Source: Candidatus Thalassarchaeaceae archaeon
GTDB taxonomy: Archaea; Thermoplasmatota; Poseidoniia; Poseidoniales; Thalassarchaeaceae
DNA length: 64,000 bases
Assembly (NCBI GenBank): GCA_943841885.1
Contig: CALSZZ010000004.1
Location: 133,894 to 197,893 of the forward strand
Reading direction: 5' to 3'
Position numbers and translations under genes: made by a program. Positions within the stretch are counted from its first letter, which is position 1. Each line of letters opens with the position of its first letter. This document shows positions 30,567-40,429 of the stretch, one piece after another. The notes beneath the pieces are model-generated. The model worked only from the letters and a program-made list of their open reading frames with translations. It did not search any database and was not told the DNA's origin.

Positions 30567-33500
30567 TCAAACACTAACTCTTTTTTTAACAGTAATATTA
30601 CTATCTGAAACTTTAATCACTTCAATACTCGGATCGGTATTGATTGGTATGTATTTATTTTCGGTTGCTTCAGCTTCAATTAATTTAATTTCCGCTGCTC
30701 TTCGCTTTTTCTTCTTTTTCTTCATTCTTACTCTTATTCTCCAGGCAATAAACAAAAACTGGATTAAAATATACGGTAAAAGTTGTATTAAAATCCATTG
30801 CCATCCAATTACTAAATTAAAACTTAAACTATCATCAATATCTGAAGAGGCCCTATAATTAATCATCTGTCTACCATCGTCCCCTATATCTACAGAAACT
30901 TCACTCCTAGCAGAAAATACATCTTCCAAATAAATTCCTAAAGGTAATTTTAAGGATAAATCCATCGGTATTCCAATAGAATTACTACTTGGTACAGTTG
31001 TTGACATATCTTTTAATGTGAAACCGTCACTTGACGCAGAAATTGCCATTACTGCAATGGTTCCAGTTAAACTATCCATTGCGCTCATCATTGAATTCAT
31101 AATAGGATTTACTAAATTATTAATTAGCTTTGGCGCGTCAATATCTATTTGTAATTCATCAGTACCTCCGCCATTAATCATTCCAAAAATTTCTCCCCAA
31201 CTGTTACCGACTCCAATTGTAGTTCTCACCTTAGGTATATTAATTGCCAAACTTATACCATCTGAATCTCCAATAATATTATCATTATCCACTAATCCTC
31301 CTAATGTCGTATTTATTTGGAAACCTTCAAGATTGATGTTACCTATTACAGAATTTGTACTTAATTCTGACTTGATTAGACTAGTTATGCTTTCACCAAA
31401 TTTATTTGTGAATACTGTCAAACCATCTGTTGTAAATTCAATTTCCTGATCTTGCTTGCATATATCTATTGAATTGTCATCACATAAAGAAAAGGAAGTT
31501 GAATAAGGCTCCTCGCCCCTATCTGCAATATCTAAAATTAATTTCAGAAGATCAGCAGGAAGTACTGGTAAAGAAATTTCAGTATCTTCACTATTCATTG
31601 ATTCCAATAAAGAACCCGGCACGGCTATTCTATGAATTGCTAAATCAATATTCAAACTAAATTCAATAGTAATACCTTTCTGTAATTCAGAGAATGAATA
31701 TTCTGAAACATCTAGGTTTACAACCGATCTTTGACATGATTTTTCTGTCGACTTACAAAACACATCTGGACTTTCATCATTACAGGGTACAGTATTGGAA
31801 GAACATAGTGCATGGTTCCAGTCAAATGAACTTGACCCAGTAAGACCAAAATCACCTACATGTTGTCCATTTAATTTATGGGATAGAGTTACCGAAGACT
31901 CACCATTTACATTCTGAGCCCACGTTGGTAATATCAATTCTAAATTGATTTCACTTTTCTCTATGCCAGAAGGCTTCATAGCCCCAAGAAAATCTGGATC
32001 CAGAATAGTCTCAAAAGACATCCCACTGTTAACTATCTTTTCCAAATCATCTTGATTAATACCACTAAGAAAAGACAAATCACCTAGTTTATCACCAATC
32101 AAATCACTTAAGCTTAATTGGAAGGGCTGACTTGTACTCTGCAAAAAAACTGGATGAGCATTCCCCATCGCAGCATCTCCCTCCATGCAATAAAATGACC
32201 CCGACTCTCCACAATCTACCAATGTATGAATATAATTTAATCCTCCTTGCCCTAGATTCGGATTACCACTTCCATCCAAAATCCATTCAAAATTACCCAT
32301 TTGTACTTCTAAACCAGGTATTGTTTCAGACAATGCATCGCCAACACTACTTACAGGGAAATTACTAGATATCGTATCTAAATTAATTAGACCATTGTGG
32401 TGTGCCATCCTTATCCCATCAGATGTTACTACAGGAATAGAACCTTTTCCATTAGGTATTAAATTTAGACCATCTACTGAAGATGTTTCTATATGATTTA
32501 TTTGTGCAACTAAGTCAATAGTTGCAGCATTTTCATTTGATAAATCTAAAATAACGTTGAAATCTAGTGCTTTATCTTCTTGATTTAGAGTGAACGCACT
32601 CGTAGATACATTATTTCTAAAACCTAGAGTAAATTCTAAATCTCCTGAATAACTAGAGCCGAGATTCAAATTATTAGATTCCCATTTTGCTGAGTTATAT
32701 GGAAATGACCCACTATTAATTATTTTTTCACTGACTATTCCACCCGTTGAAACTACTGTTGCATATGGCGGCGGCTCTATGTAGTAAGTACTCTTATGAC
32801 CAGAATCTACAGATATAGGAAACTCTGTAGTAACCAATCCCCCCATTATCAATAATGATTTATATGCACTCTCAAGATTCAAATTAGGATTAGAATTGAG
32901 ATTAAATTTACTCGGTGATATACTAATATCTACATTGGTTTGAATACATATAGGGGGCGAGTATGCATTACCATCATCATCAGATTCTCTATCTGTACCA
33001 CAACTAACAGTCTCTTCCTCATTTTCTATTTGACTCGCCCAGGATGTCGTCGGTGTAGAAGCACTACCTAAGGAATTGAGAAGATCTCCAATACTATTAT
33101 TGATTTCTCCCATTAATTTATCCTTTACTGGCTCTGAACCTATTTCGCCGTCCCAAGGCTCATCCCAAGAATTTCGAATTACATCTGCAGGAATACCATC
33201 TCCGGCAAATATATTATCATTCTGTAGTGCTTGATTGGCGATAGCACCAGAGAAACCCAAAGGCGTCCTGTCATATTCATAAATTGCCCAAGTAGCACTT
33301 AATTGCATCATACCAGTATCTACCATTGTTATGGAATAAATGCCTTCTATCCACGACTCCTGAGATGATTCATCATCAGCATCACTTACAGCATCACAAA
33401 ATCCACTATTTAATTCTGAACAGATATCTAAATCATCTGTACTATTTTCTACTTCTCCATTTACTGCAGGAAAAAACAACTGCATCAAAAAAATAATTGT

Positions 33501-33581
33501 CAAAATTGTAGCCAAATTATACTTTAATTTTTCGTGATTAGAACGAGTAGATTTTGATGCTAGCCGCTCAACCATATCCAA
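30567..33581 (-). CDS. Large (1004 aa) secreted, C-terminally anchored surface protein with three internal repeats
   Basis: Signal peptide, acidic S/N-rich body with Cys pairs, and a C-terminal TM followed by KKKKKKRR. Confidence 0.8.
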   Translation of the reverse strand: MDMVERLASKSTRSNHEKLKYNLATILTIIFLMQLFFPAVNGEVENSTDDLDICSELNSGFCDAVSDADDESSQESWIEGIYSITMVDTGMMQLSATWAIYEYDRTPLGFSGAIANQALQNDNIFAGDGIPADVIRNSWDEPWDGEIGSEPVKDKLMGEINNSIGDLLNSLGSASTPTTSWASQIENEEETVSCGTDRESDDDGNAYSPPICIQTNVDISISPSKFNLNSNPNLNLESAYKSLLIMGGLVTTEFPISVDSGHKSTYYIEPPPYATVVSTGGIVSEKIINSGSFPYNSAKWESNNLNLGSSYSGDLEFTLGFRNNVSTSAFTLNQEDKALDFNVILDLSNENAATIDLVAQINHIETSSVDGLNLIPNGKGSIPVVTSDGIRMAHHNGLINLDTISSNFPVSSVGDALSETIPGLEVQMGNFEWILDGSGNPNLGQGGLNYIHTLVDCGESGSFYCMEGDAAMGNAHPVFLQSTSQPFQLSLSDLIGDKLGDLSFLSGINQDDLEKIVNSGMSFETILDPDFLGAMKPSGIEKSEINLELILPTWAQNVNGESSVTLSHKLNGQHVGDFGLTGSSSFDWNHALCSSNTVPCNDESPDVFCKSTEKSCQRSVVNLDVSEYSFSELQKGITIEFSLNIDLAIHRIAVPGSLLESMNSEDTEISLPVLPADLLKLILDIADRGEEPYSTSFSLCDDNSIDICKQDQEIEFTTDGLTVFTNKFGESITSLIKSELSTNSVIGNINLEGFQINTTLGGLVDNDNIIGDSDGISLAINIPKVRTTIGVGNSWGEIFGMINGGGTDELQIDIDAPKLINNLVNPIMNSMMSAMDSLTGTIAVMAISASSDGFTLKDMSTTVPSSNSIGIPMDLSLKLPLGIYLEDVFSARSEVSVDIGDDGRQMINYRASSDIDDSLSFNLVIGWQWILIQLLPYILIQFLFIAWRIRVRMKKKKKKRRAAEIKLIEAEATENKYIPINTDPSIEVIKVSDSNITVKKRVSV

Positions 33582-33599
33582 TGACTCTAAAGAGTCATT
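33580..33599. promoter_or_regulatory. Perfect 9-bp palindrome, candidate operator
   Basis: AATGACTCT-AA-AGAGTCATT at the start of the 1004-aa gene. Confidence 0.45.
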
Positions 33600-33709
33600 A
33601 ATCTATCATTCGGTATTAGGATTCATTTCTTGAATTATTCTCTGATATTATTAATCATTTATCAACCATAAGCGAGGAGTTCAAACCATCTGTCTTCTTC
33701 GATTCGACT

Positions 33710-34846
33710 ATGCCTAGTTGGTTAATATCAAATGCACCCCGAACATTTGATGAAATAGCCATACCAAAGAATATACGAAAGACTTTGAAAGCGGCTAGCC
33801 TTTCTTCGGATCCACCCCATTTGCTAATTACTGGGCCTCCAGGAGTAGGAAAAACAACCTCATGGAAATTATATGCAAGACAAATTCTTGGCCCCGGTTG
33901 GAAGTCAACTACACACATTCTACAATGTAGGGATTTACTTAGACAAAAAGGTGCAATGGCTAAATTTGAAGAATTTTTAAGACCGGGCGGGAACTCTTCA
34001 GATACACTAGCAGGTATGCTAAGTCTTGACTCCTTTGACAGAGGAATAATCACAATGCAAGAAGGAGATATTCCCCCAGCAGGAAAAGAAATAGAAATAG
34101 AAGATAATAAAACACCAATCAGTAGACTCATTATTTTAGAAGATGCCGATTACTTAGGCCATATAAGACAATCATATTTACGTAGAATGATGGAAACTGT
34201 AGGCAATGCTTCGAGATTTATATTAGTCACTCGGGCACCTTCAAGGATAATTGATGCTCTGAGATCCAGAGCTCAAATGATCAGGATACCTTCCACAGAA
34301 AAAGATACTATTTTAGAAACATTAAGAGTAATTTCAGCAAATAATTTTTGCAATCCTGAAGATGGAGTTTTGGAAGATATTACATATATATCTGAAGGAA
34401 ATCTTAGAAAAGCAATTTTTACACTAGAATTGTTAGATATCAGAAAATTAACTAGTGACCGTGCCGCAGTACATAATTTGATACAAGCATCGACCCTACA
34501 ATCGAGTAGACACTTATTAGAAATGGCCCTTAGAGGAGTTGTTGTAGAATGGCGTTGGGAAAATAAGGGCGGGAAGAAGAAAAAACTACTATCTGGTGCC
34601 ATATCTGAAATTGATAATTTGATGAATAAACATGGACTTGATTCAGATGATATTGTCAACCAACTACACGAAGTAATAGTAGGTCGGAGACTTTCCCTAC
34701 CTCATATTCTTAGATCGGAAATATTGGAAGCACTTGCAATATGTGATACATCGATACGTAGATCAACTTACGCAAGGATTCATTTTGAAAACTTTCTTCA
34801 TAAAGTTGCTAAGTCAGCAAAACAACATGGACTTGCGTTTGGCTAA
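33710..34846 (+). CDS. Replication factor C small subunit-like AAA+ ATPase (divergent)
   Basis: PHLLITGPPGVGKT, LIILEDAD, LRRMME, ALRSRA and GNLRKA. Confidence 0.82.
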   Translation: MPSWLISNAPRTFDEIAIPKNIRKTLKAASLSSDPPHLLITGPPGVGKTTSWKLYARQILGPGWKSTTHILQCRDLLRQKGAMAKFEEFLRPGGNSSDTLAGMLSLDSFDRGIITMQEGDIPPAGKEIEIEDNKTPISRLIILEDADYLGHIRQSYLRRMMETVGNASRFILVTRAPSRIIDALRSRAQMIRIPSTEKDTILETLRVISANNFCNPEDGVLEDITYISEGNLRKAIFTLELLDIRKLTSDRAAVHNLIQASTLQSSRHLLEMALRGVVVEWRWENKGGKKKKLLSGAISEIDNLMNKHGLDSDDIVNQLHEVIVGRRLSLPHILRSEILEALAICDTSIRRSTYARIHFENFLHKVAKSAKQHGLAFG

Positions 34847-34893
34847 CTATATTACCCTAAGTCTTGAGTATTAACACCTAGTGAGGTATCATA

Positions 34894-35649
34894 ATGTACC
34901 GTGCTGGTAACCCTGCTCTTTCTGACTCAACTTTTGATAAAAATGCATATAAAGATACTAATTGGTGGGAAACCGAGTCTTCAAATCAAATGACAATAGA
35001 AGGAGTTTCAGAGAAGACTGCAATTCTTTTGATAGTCACAGCAACCTCTGCAATAGCAACTGCTATGATGATGCCAGAAGCTACTTTACTAATGATAATT
35101 GGATTCATTGGCTCTATCATTTGTAGTATTATAGTTGTATTTCAAAAATCAGTCAATCCAATATTAATCTTTACTTATGCGATTTTTGAAGGTTTTTTGT
35201 TGGGAGGATTTACTTGGATAATAGAAAACCAAACTGGAATTACTGGTTTGGGTTTATTGGCCGCCCTTTTGACATTTTTAATCCTTGGAGTTATGATTAC
35301 AATATACAGACTCGGGCTAATTCATTGGGATAAAAATATGCAAATAGCAGTCAGTTCTGCTGTATTTGCGATAATGTTACTGTATATTATTTCATTTTTA
35401 GGAGTATTTATTGGTTTTGAAGTCCCCATTATTCATGATTCAACACCTATTGGTATACTATTTTCAGTTTTTGTCGTGGGGATAGCAACATTAACTTTAG
35501 TTGCAGATTTTGATTTTATTGAGAGAGGAGTATTACGTGGTGCTCCGAAGCAACTTGAATGGAGGGCAGCCTTCGGCCTTCTTGTATCACTAGCGTGGCT
35601 TTATTTTGAAATAGTTAGGTTATTAGGAAAAGTATTTTTAAGGGATTAA
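34894..35649 (+). CDS. Bax inhibitor-1/YccA family membrane protein
   Basis: Motifs MTIEG, YAIFEG, DFDFIERG and EWRAAFGLLVSLAWLYFEI. Confidence 0.88.
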   Translation: MYRAGNPALSDSTFDKNAYKDTNWWETESSNQMTIEGVSEKTAILLIVTATSAIATAMMMPEATLLMIIGFIGSIICSIIVVFQKSVNPILIFTYAIFEGFLLGGFTWIIENQTGITGLGLLAALLTFLILGVMITIYRLGLIHWDKNMQIAVSSAVFAIMLLYIISFLGVFIGFEVPIIHDSTPIGILFSVFVVGIATLTLVADFDFIERGVLRGAPKQLEWRAAFGLLVSLAWLYFEIVRLLGKVFLRD

Positions 35650-35650
35650 A

Positions 35651-36292
35651 TTGGATTTCAATTTAATTTTAGGAGTAATATTTTTTGGCAGTACTCTTGG
35701 AATAATAGAAGGAATAAAGCCTGGACCATTACTGACCATGGTAATACGTGAAACACTCTCTGGAGGGTTAAAAGCGGGTATTAGAACAGCTTCTGCCCCC
35801 ATATTTACTGATGGTCCATTGATAATAATTAGTCTAATTACTGCAAATTGGCTTGCATCTAACCAAGCTTTTCTCGGAATAATTTCTATTCTTGGTGCTA
35901 TATTCTTAGTAAAAATGGGGTTTGAATGTTTTATAATTGAACCTCCAACAGTAGATATTCAGAATTATGACTATAAATCATCATTCAAAAAAGGTATTTT
36001 AACTAATTTATTAAATCCTAATGTATACATGTTTTGGTTCTTAATTGGTGGTCCAATAATGGCTTCGACAGCAGTCAAAGAACCACTAGCACCAATTGGT
36101 TACGCGATTTCTTTTTTACTTTCAATAATAATTGTTAAGATAATAATAGCATATATATTTGATAAAACTAGAGGTAAATTATCAGTTTCTTTCTATAAAA
36201 GAAGCCTTTTAATATGCGGAATTGCAATGATCATATTTGCATTTGGTTATCTATACCAAGCTTATCAGATTCTTCGACAATTATTCTTTTAG
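35651..36292 (+). CDS. LysE family translocator
   Basis: Motifs PGPL and NLLNP; 6 TM. Confidence 0.85.
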   Translation: MDFNLILGVIFFGSTLGIIEGIKPGPLLTMVIRETLSGGLKAGIRTASAPIFTDGPLIIISLITANWLASNQAFLGIISILGAIFLVKMGFECFIIEPPTVDIQNYDYKSSFKKGILTNLLNPNVYMFWFLIGGPIMASTAVKEPLAPIGYAISFLLSIIIVKIIIAYIFDKTRGKLSVSFYKRSLLICGIAMIIFAFGYLYQAYQILRQLFF

Positions 36293-36301
36293 AATATTAT
36301 C

Positions 36302-37753
36302 TTATAATGTAGAAAAACCACCTTCAGGAAGAGGATTAAGTGGAATTGTAGATTCCCTCAGACTCGGGCCGATCATCATCGTACCATATATTCCTTGATC
36401 TACAATATTATGTGAAAGACCAAACCAAGGCCTTCCATGTTTATCAACAAGAATATCTATAAAATCCCCAAAACCTCCACATCTATTGTACCCACAATCA
36501 ACTTCAGTATCGAGAGGGTCACCAAAATCGTTTACCTGAACTGTAGTGATAAGAGGCGTTTGGGAAAAAGCATCAGTCATCACCGAAATATATCCATTCC
36601 ATGTGTCTCCTCCAGAATCACCTAAGTATGCAAAAGCAACTCTTCCAGAATCTCCTGCAGCTACAGCAGGAAAACCAGTTCCATTTAGGCCAATTGGCGG
36701 AGCTATCATCATTGGGGCACTCCAAGTATCTCCGGTATCAAACGAATATGAATAATAGGGCATATCATCTACACCCATCCACATCGCATGAAGATTGTCA
36801 CTTTCATCTGGATATACTTGTGCTTCTTCAGCATTCCAAGTTGCTGCCGTACCTGTGTCTTCTGTTGGAAGGACATGTTCCGTCCATGTTAAACCACCAT
36901 CAGTACTACGATATATCGAATATCCTTCTCCATCACAACTAGGATTTCCTCTGTAGAAATTACCATTATTAGATCCTACCATATGTCCAGTCAAACCTCC
37001 ACTATTACAATTAAGAGGGGAACCAGGAACTTCTGGCCCCCATGTTAAACCTCCATCATTACTCGTCGAGCAAAGAGGAGATGCCCAATTCCCATTAACA
37101 CAAAATACCCAGGTAGTTTCATGTAATAGGGCATTATAAGGAGATGAAGCGATAGTCTGATGATCTTGTACGGAATACCCTGTGGCAAATGATGCTAAAC
37201 CAAAAGGCCCCCAAGTCTCACCTTCATCATCTGACCATTCAACTGTCATACCTGCAAGGGCATGCATATCAAATTTCATTACTCTATCCGTCCAAGGATC
37301 AACATATACATAGGGATCATTACTATTAATTACAGAACCTTGATATGTATTTTCACATGTATAGTCCAATGTAACCATTTCAATCATATTTGAACACCTT
37401 ATTATTGCGGTAGAACCTCCAGGTCCATTCCCCCAACTAGTCATAAAAAGGTTATCAGCAGAAGTAATCCCAATTGTTGGCTCAAAAGTAGAAACTCCAA
37501 TCCCATAATATGTCCCTTTTGCACACACAGGAACATTTTCTCCGATTAAAATAGAATTAAGAACATCATTATCTATTGAAAGGATATTGGTAGAATTTGG
37601 AAAATGATACCATGTATTATTTGCAAAACCATCCGGACATATTTCATCTAAAATAGAAGATGACGATAACTCTTCAGATGATTCATTACTCAGACAACCC
37701 GATACTGTTGAAGATATAAACAAGAATACAATCAATGCTGCTAACGCCCTCAT
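36302..37753 (-). CDS. BNR/Asp-box beta-propeller lipoprotein (sialidase-like fold), paralog B
   Basis: Lipobox VSGC; Asp boxes SDDEGETW, SNDGGLTW, STDGGLTW and SFDTGDTW. Confidence 0.82.
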   Translation of the reverse strand: MRALAALIVFLFISSTVSGCLSNESSEELSSSSILDEICPDGFANNTWYHFPNSTNILSIDNDVLNSILIGENVPVCAKGTYYGIGVSTFEPTIGITSADNLFMTSWGNGPGGSTAIIRCSNMIEMVTLDYTCENTYQGSVINSNDPYVYVDPWTDRVMKFDMHALAGMTVEWSDDEGETWGPFGLASFATGYSVQDHQTIASSPYNALLHETTWVFCVNGNWASPLCSTSNDGGLTWGPEVPGSPLNCNSGGLTGHMVGSNNGNFYRGNPSCDGEGYSIYRSTDGGLTWTEHVLPTEDTGTAATWNAEEAQVYPDESDNLHAMWMGVDDMPYYSYSFDTGDTWSAPMMIAPPIGLNGTGFPAVAAGDSGRVAFAYLGDSGGDTWNGYISVMTDAFSQTPLITTVQVNDFGDPLDTEVDCGYNRCGGFGDFIDILVDKHGRPWFGLSHNIVDQGIYGTMMIGPSLRESTIPLNPLPEGGFSTL

Positions 37754-37803
37754 AAATAACCCGCAACGCTAATTGTACATCATATGAACGGACAACTGTT
37801 CTG

Positions 37804-39312
37804 TTACATTTTTAGAGTTGAGTTACCACCTTCTGGAAGAAACGGTAATTGAAGAATATCTCCGTATAGGGAAGGACCAGTGATTATAGTACCAATTATA
37901 GCCTCTTCATTTCCTGCAGCATTATGTGCTAGTGCAATCCAAGGTCGACCCGCATCGTCAATTTCAACATCTATGAAATCTCCAAATCCTCCACATCTAA
38001 TATTACCACAGTCTGGTAAAATATCTAAAGGATCTGTTGGTAAATTTACTGCTACACTTGTAATTAATGGGACTTCCCCAAAAGCATCAGTCATAATTGC
38101 CATATATCCAGACCAACCTCCTCCTACTGATTCATTCCAATCAAAAGATTCACCAATATATCCTATTACTACCTTTCCTGAATCTCCTGCAAATATAGTT
38201 GGAAAACCAGTTTCATTAACTCCAGGGGCTGCCACCATCATTGGAGCACTCCAAGTTTCACCTTTATCCCTTGAGTAAGAATACCATGGCATCATATCTG
38301 TAGAAATCCAAGTTGCATGTACATTTCCAGATTCATCGACAGCAACCGCAACTTCATGAGAATGCCAACCCTGTTGCATACCTACTTCAGTAGTAATTGT
38401 ATTTTCACTCCATGTGTAGCCACCATCATGGGATGCATACACTGCAGGCCCTTCACAAGAGGGATTACCTCGATATATTGAACCATCAGAACCTCCGGCC
38501 ACATGACCATGTAGTCCTGAACATTGATTTCCAAAACTTTCAGTAGGATAACCTATTTGTTGAGCATCCCAAGTGTGCCCACCATCTAGCGACCTAGAAC
38601 ATTGAGCACCTAAAGCAGGAGAACCAGTATTTATACAATATACATAAACTACTTCTCCAATGATTGCATTCTCATGAGGAACTGATGCTATACTTTGATG
38701 ATCCTGTGGTGCATAATAACCTTCAACAGGAAACGGAACACTCCAAGACTCACCATCATCATCAGAATATTCTACAAACATTGCAGCCAAGGCATGCATA
38801 TCGAATTTAACCAACTTATCATTAAATTTATCAACGTAGAGATATGGATCATTTGAATTTGGAGTTTGACCAGAATCATCATCAACCTGATTGAAAGGCC
38901 CTACATCTTCCCAAGTTTGACCCTGATCCCTTGACCTGATTATATGGGTACCATCTCCAAGGCCGTTATAGTTAGTAAAGAAAATCGCTCCAGAAGAAGT
39001 AATACCAAGAGTCGGCTCAAAGGTATCCCAACCAGTACCGTAGTAAGTACCACTTGTGAAGTAAGGAATATTCATACCAGTTAAATTAACAGTTAAGTTA
39101 GCGTTTGCAACTTCAATAGGATTAGTTGCATCTATCGCTCTTGGATTAATAGTACTCCCAGCATAATGATACCATGTTGTTATTGGTATTTCACCTTCAG
39201 GAAAGATAAAAACACTATCTTCCAATATCTCCATATCCGATTTAGACCCAAAACATCCAGTTAAAGTTGAACACAAAACTATACTCGTAATTAGTATGGC
39301 GACATTGCGCAT
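37804..39312 (-). CDS. BNR/Asp-box beta-propeller lipoprotein (sialidase-like fold), paralog A
   Basis: Lipobox LTGC; Asp boxes SRDQGQTW, SDDDGESW, SLDGGHTW, SHDGGYTW and SRDKGETW. Confidence 0.82.
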   Translation of the reverse strand: MRNVAILITSIVLCSTLTGCFGSKSDMEILEDSVFIFPEGEIPITTWYHYAGSTINPRAIDATNPIEVANANLTVNLTGMNIPYFTSGTYYGTGWDTFEPTLGITSSGAIFFTNYNGLGDGTHIIRSRDQGQTWEDVGPFNQVDDDSGQTPNSNDPYLYVDKFNDKLVKFDMHALAAMFVEYSDDDGESWSVPFPVEGYYAPQDHQSIASVPHENAIIGEVVYVYCINTGSPALGAQCSRSLDGGHTWDAQQIGYPTESFGNQCSGLHGHVAGGSDGSIYRGNPSCEGPAVYASHDGGYTWSENTITTEVGMQQGWHSHEVAVAVDESGNVHATWISTDMMPWYSYSRDKGETWSAPMMVAAPGVNETGFPTIFAGDSGKVVIGYIGESFDWNESVGGGWSGYMAIMTDAFGEVPLITSVAVNLPTDPLDILPDCGNIRCGGFGDFIDVEIDDAGRPWIALAHNAAGNEEAIIGTIITGPSLYGDILQLPFLPEGGNSTLKM

Positions 39313-39361
39313 GGCTGTCACACCACCTACCCATTGAAAAAATAATGTTTTTATTGAAGTA

Positions 39362-40393
39362 TTAATCCCATCTATTTTCAAGTATATCCGGTATTGTTTC
39401 CAATATTGTTATTTCAGGATCTTTCCATGATAGTCCCAAATCTTTTTTCGCGGGAGATGCATCCCAGAATAATTTATTCTTAAGATGTGTTCTTGCCCAG
39501 GATATAGTTATTTTGGGGTGGAAAGCGGCAACAATAAGTGCTAGACTGTAAGGTATCACCCTAACCGGCCATTTTCTTTTAGGATAGTTTTTTTTCAGTA
39601 AGTTTGCTATATCCTTCCACATCATTTCTCCTGCAACCGTCAAGTATCGGCCTCCATCTTCTCCATTTGTTAATGCACTGACATGTGCTTCAGCAACATC
39701 CCTAACATCAACAATACTTATTTGCAATGGTAGAACAAATGGTAGTTTTCTTTTAACTAATAGCATTATCATTGAAAGAGACCCATATAAATGTCTTTGA
39801 GACATCGGTGGACCGAATACCATGCACGGATGAATAGTTACCATCCTTGGCCGAAACTCTATATTTTTACTTCTATGCCAATTTCTTACTAGCATTTCTG
39901 CACTATATTTCGCCAGTCCATATGGGTTTTTTTCTAATGTAGCATCCTCTGCAAATGTATCAGTTGTTAATGTCATTCCATTCTTCCAAGAAGCAGGTCT
40001 TATAGCTGCAGTAGAGGAGGTATGAATGAAATTTTTTACTGAAATATTATTATCTATTGCATTAAGTATATTTTTTGTTCCTATTACACTAGGATCCACA
40101 ATATCTTTTTGAGGATTTTTTGACTTAACTAGTACCGCTGCTGCTGTATGTATTATATCAGTACAATTTGAAATTGCATCATTTACACTATCAGTCTTTA
40201 GTAAATCCATCTCAATAATCTCTAGTGAACCATTATTTTTTATGGGTAAATCATACAAATGCTGTGTTCTTTGAGGATCTGTAATGTCTCTAACGGTGGC
40301 CCTTACATTTCTACCTTTTAACAAGAGATTTGCCACGATATGACTACCAATATAACCACTTGCTCCGGTAACAACTACGAGGTCCTTTACCAT
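39362..40393 (-). CDS. NAD(P)-dependent extended SDR (dihydroflavonol reductase / aldehyde reductase-like)
   Basis: Motifs TGASGYIG, HTAA, TSS, YGLAK and VDVRDVA. Confidence 0.88.
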   Translation of the reverse strand: MVKDLVVVTGASGYIGSHIVANLLLKGRNVRATVRDITDPQRTQHLYDLPIKNNGSLEIIEMDLLKTDSVNDAISNCTDIIHTAAAVLVKSKNPQKDIVDPSVIGTKNILNAIDNNISVKNFIHTSSTAAIRPASWKNGMTLTTDTFAEDATLEKNPYGLAKYSAEMLVRNWHRSKNIEFRPRMVTIHPCMVFGPPMSQRHLYGSLSMIMLLVKRKLPFVLPLQISIVDVRDVAEAHVSALTNGEDGGRYLTVAGEMMWKDIANLLKKNYPKRKWPVRVIPYSLALIVAAFHPKITISWARTHLKNKLFWDASPAKKDLGLSWKDPEITILETIPDILENRWD

Positions 40394-40429
40394 GTCTTGC
40401 CGAAGTATATCTAATGATTGAGTCTTGCC

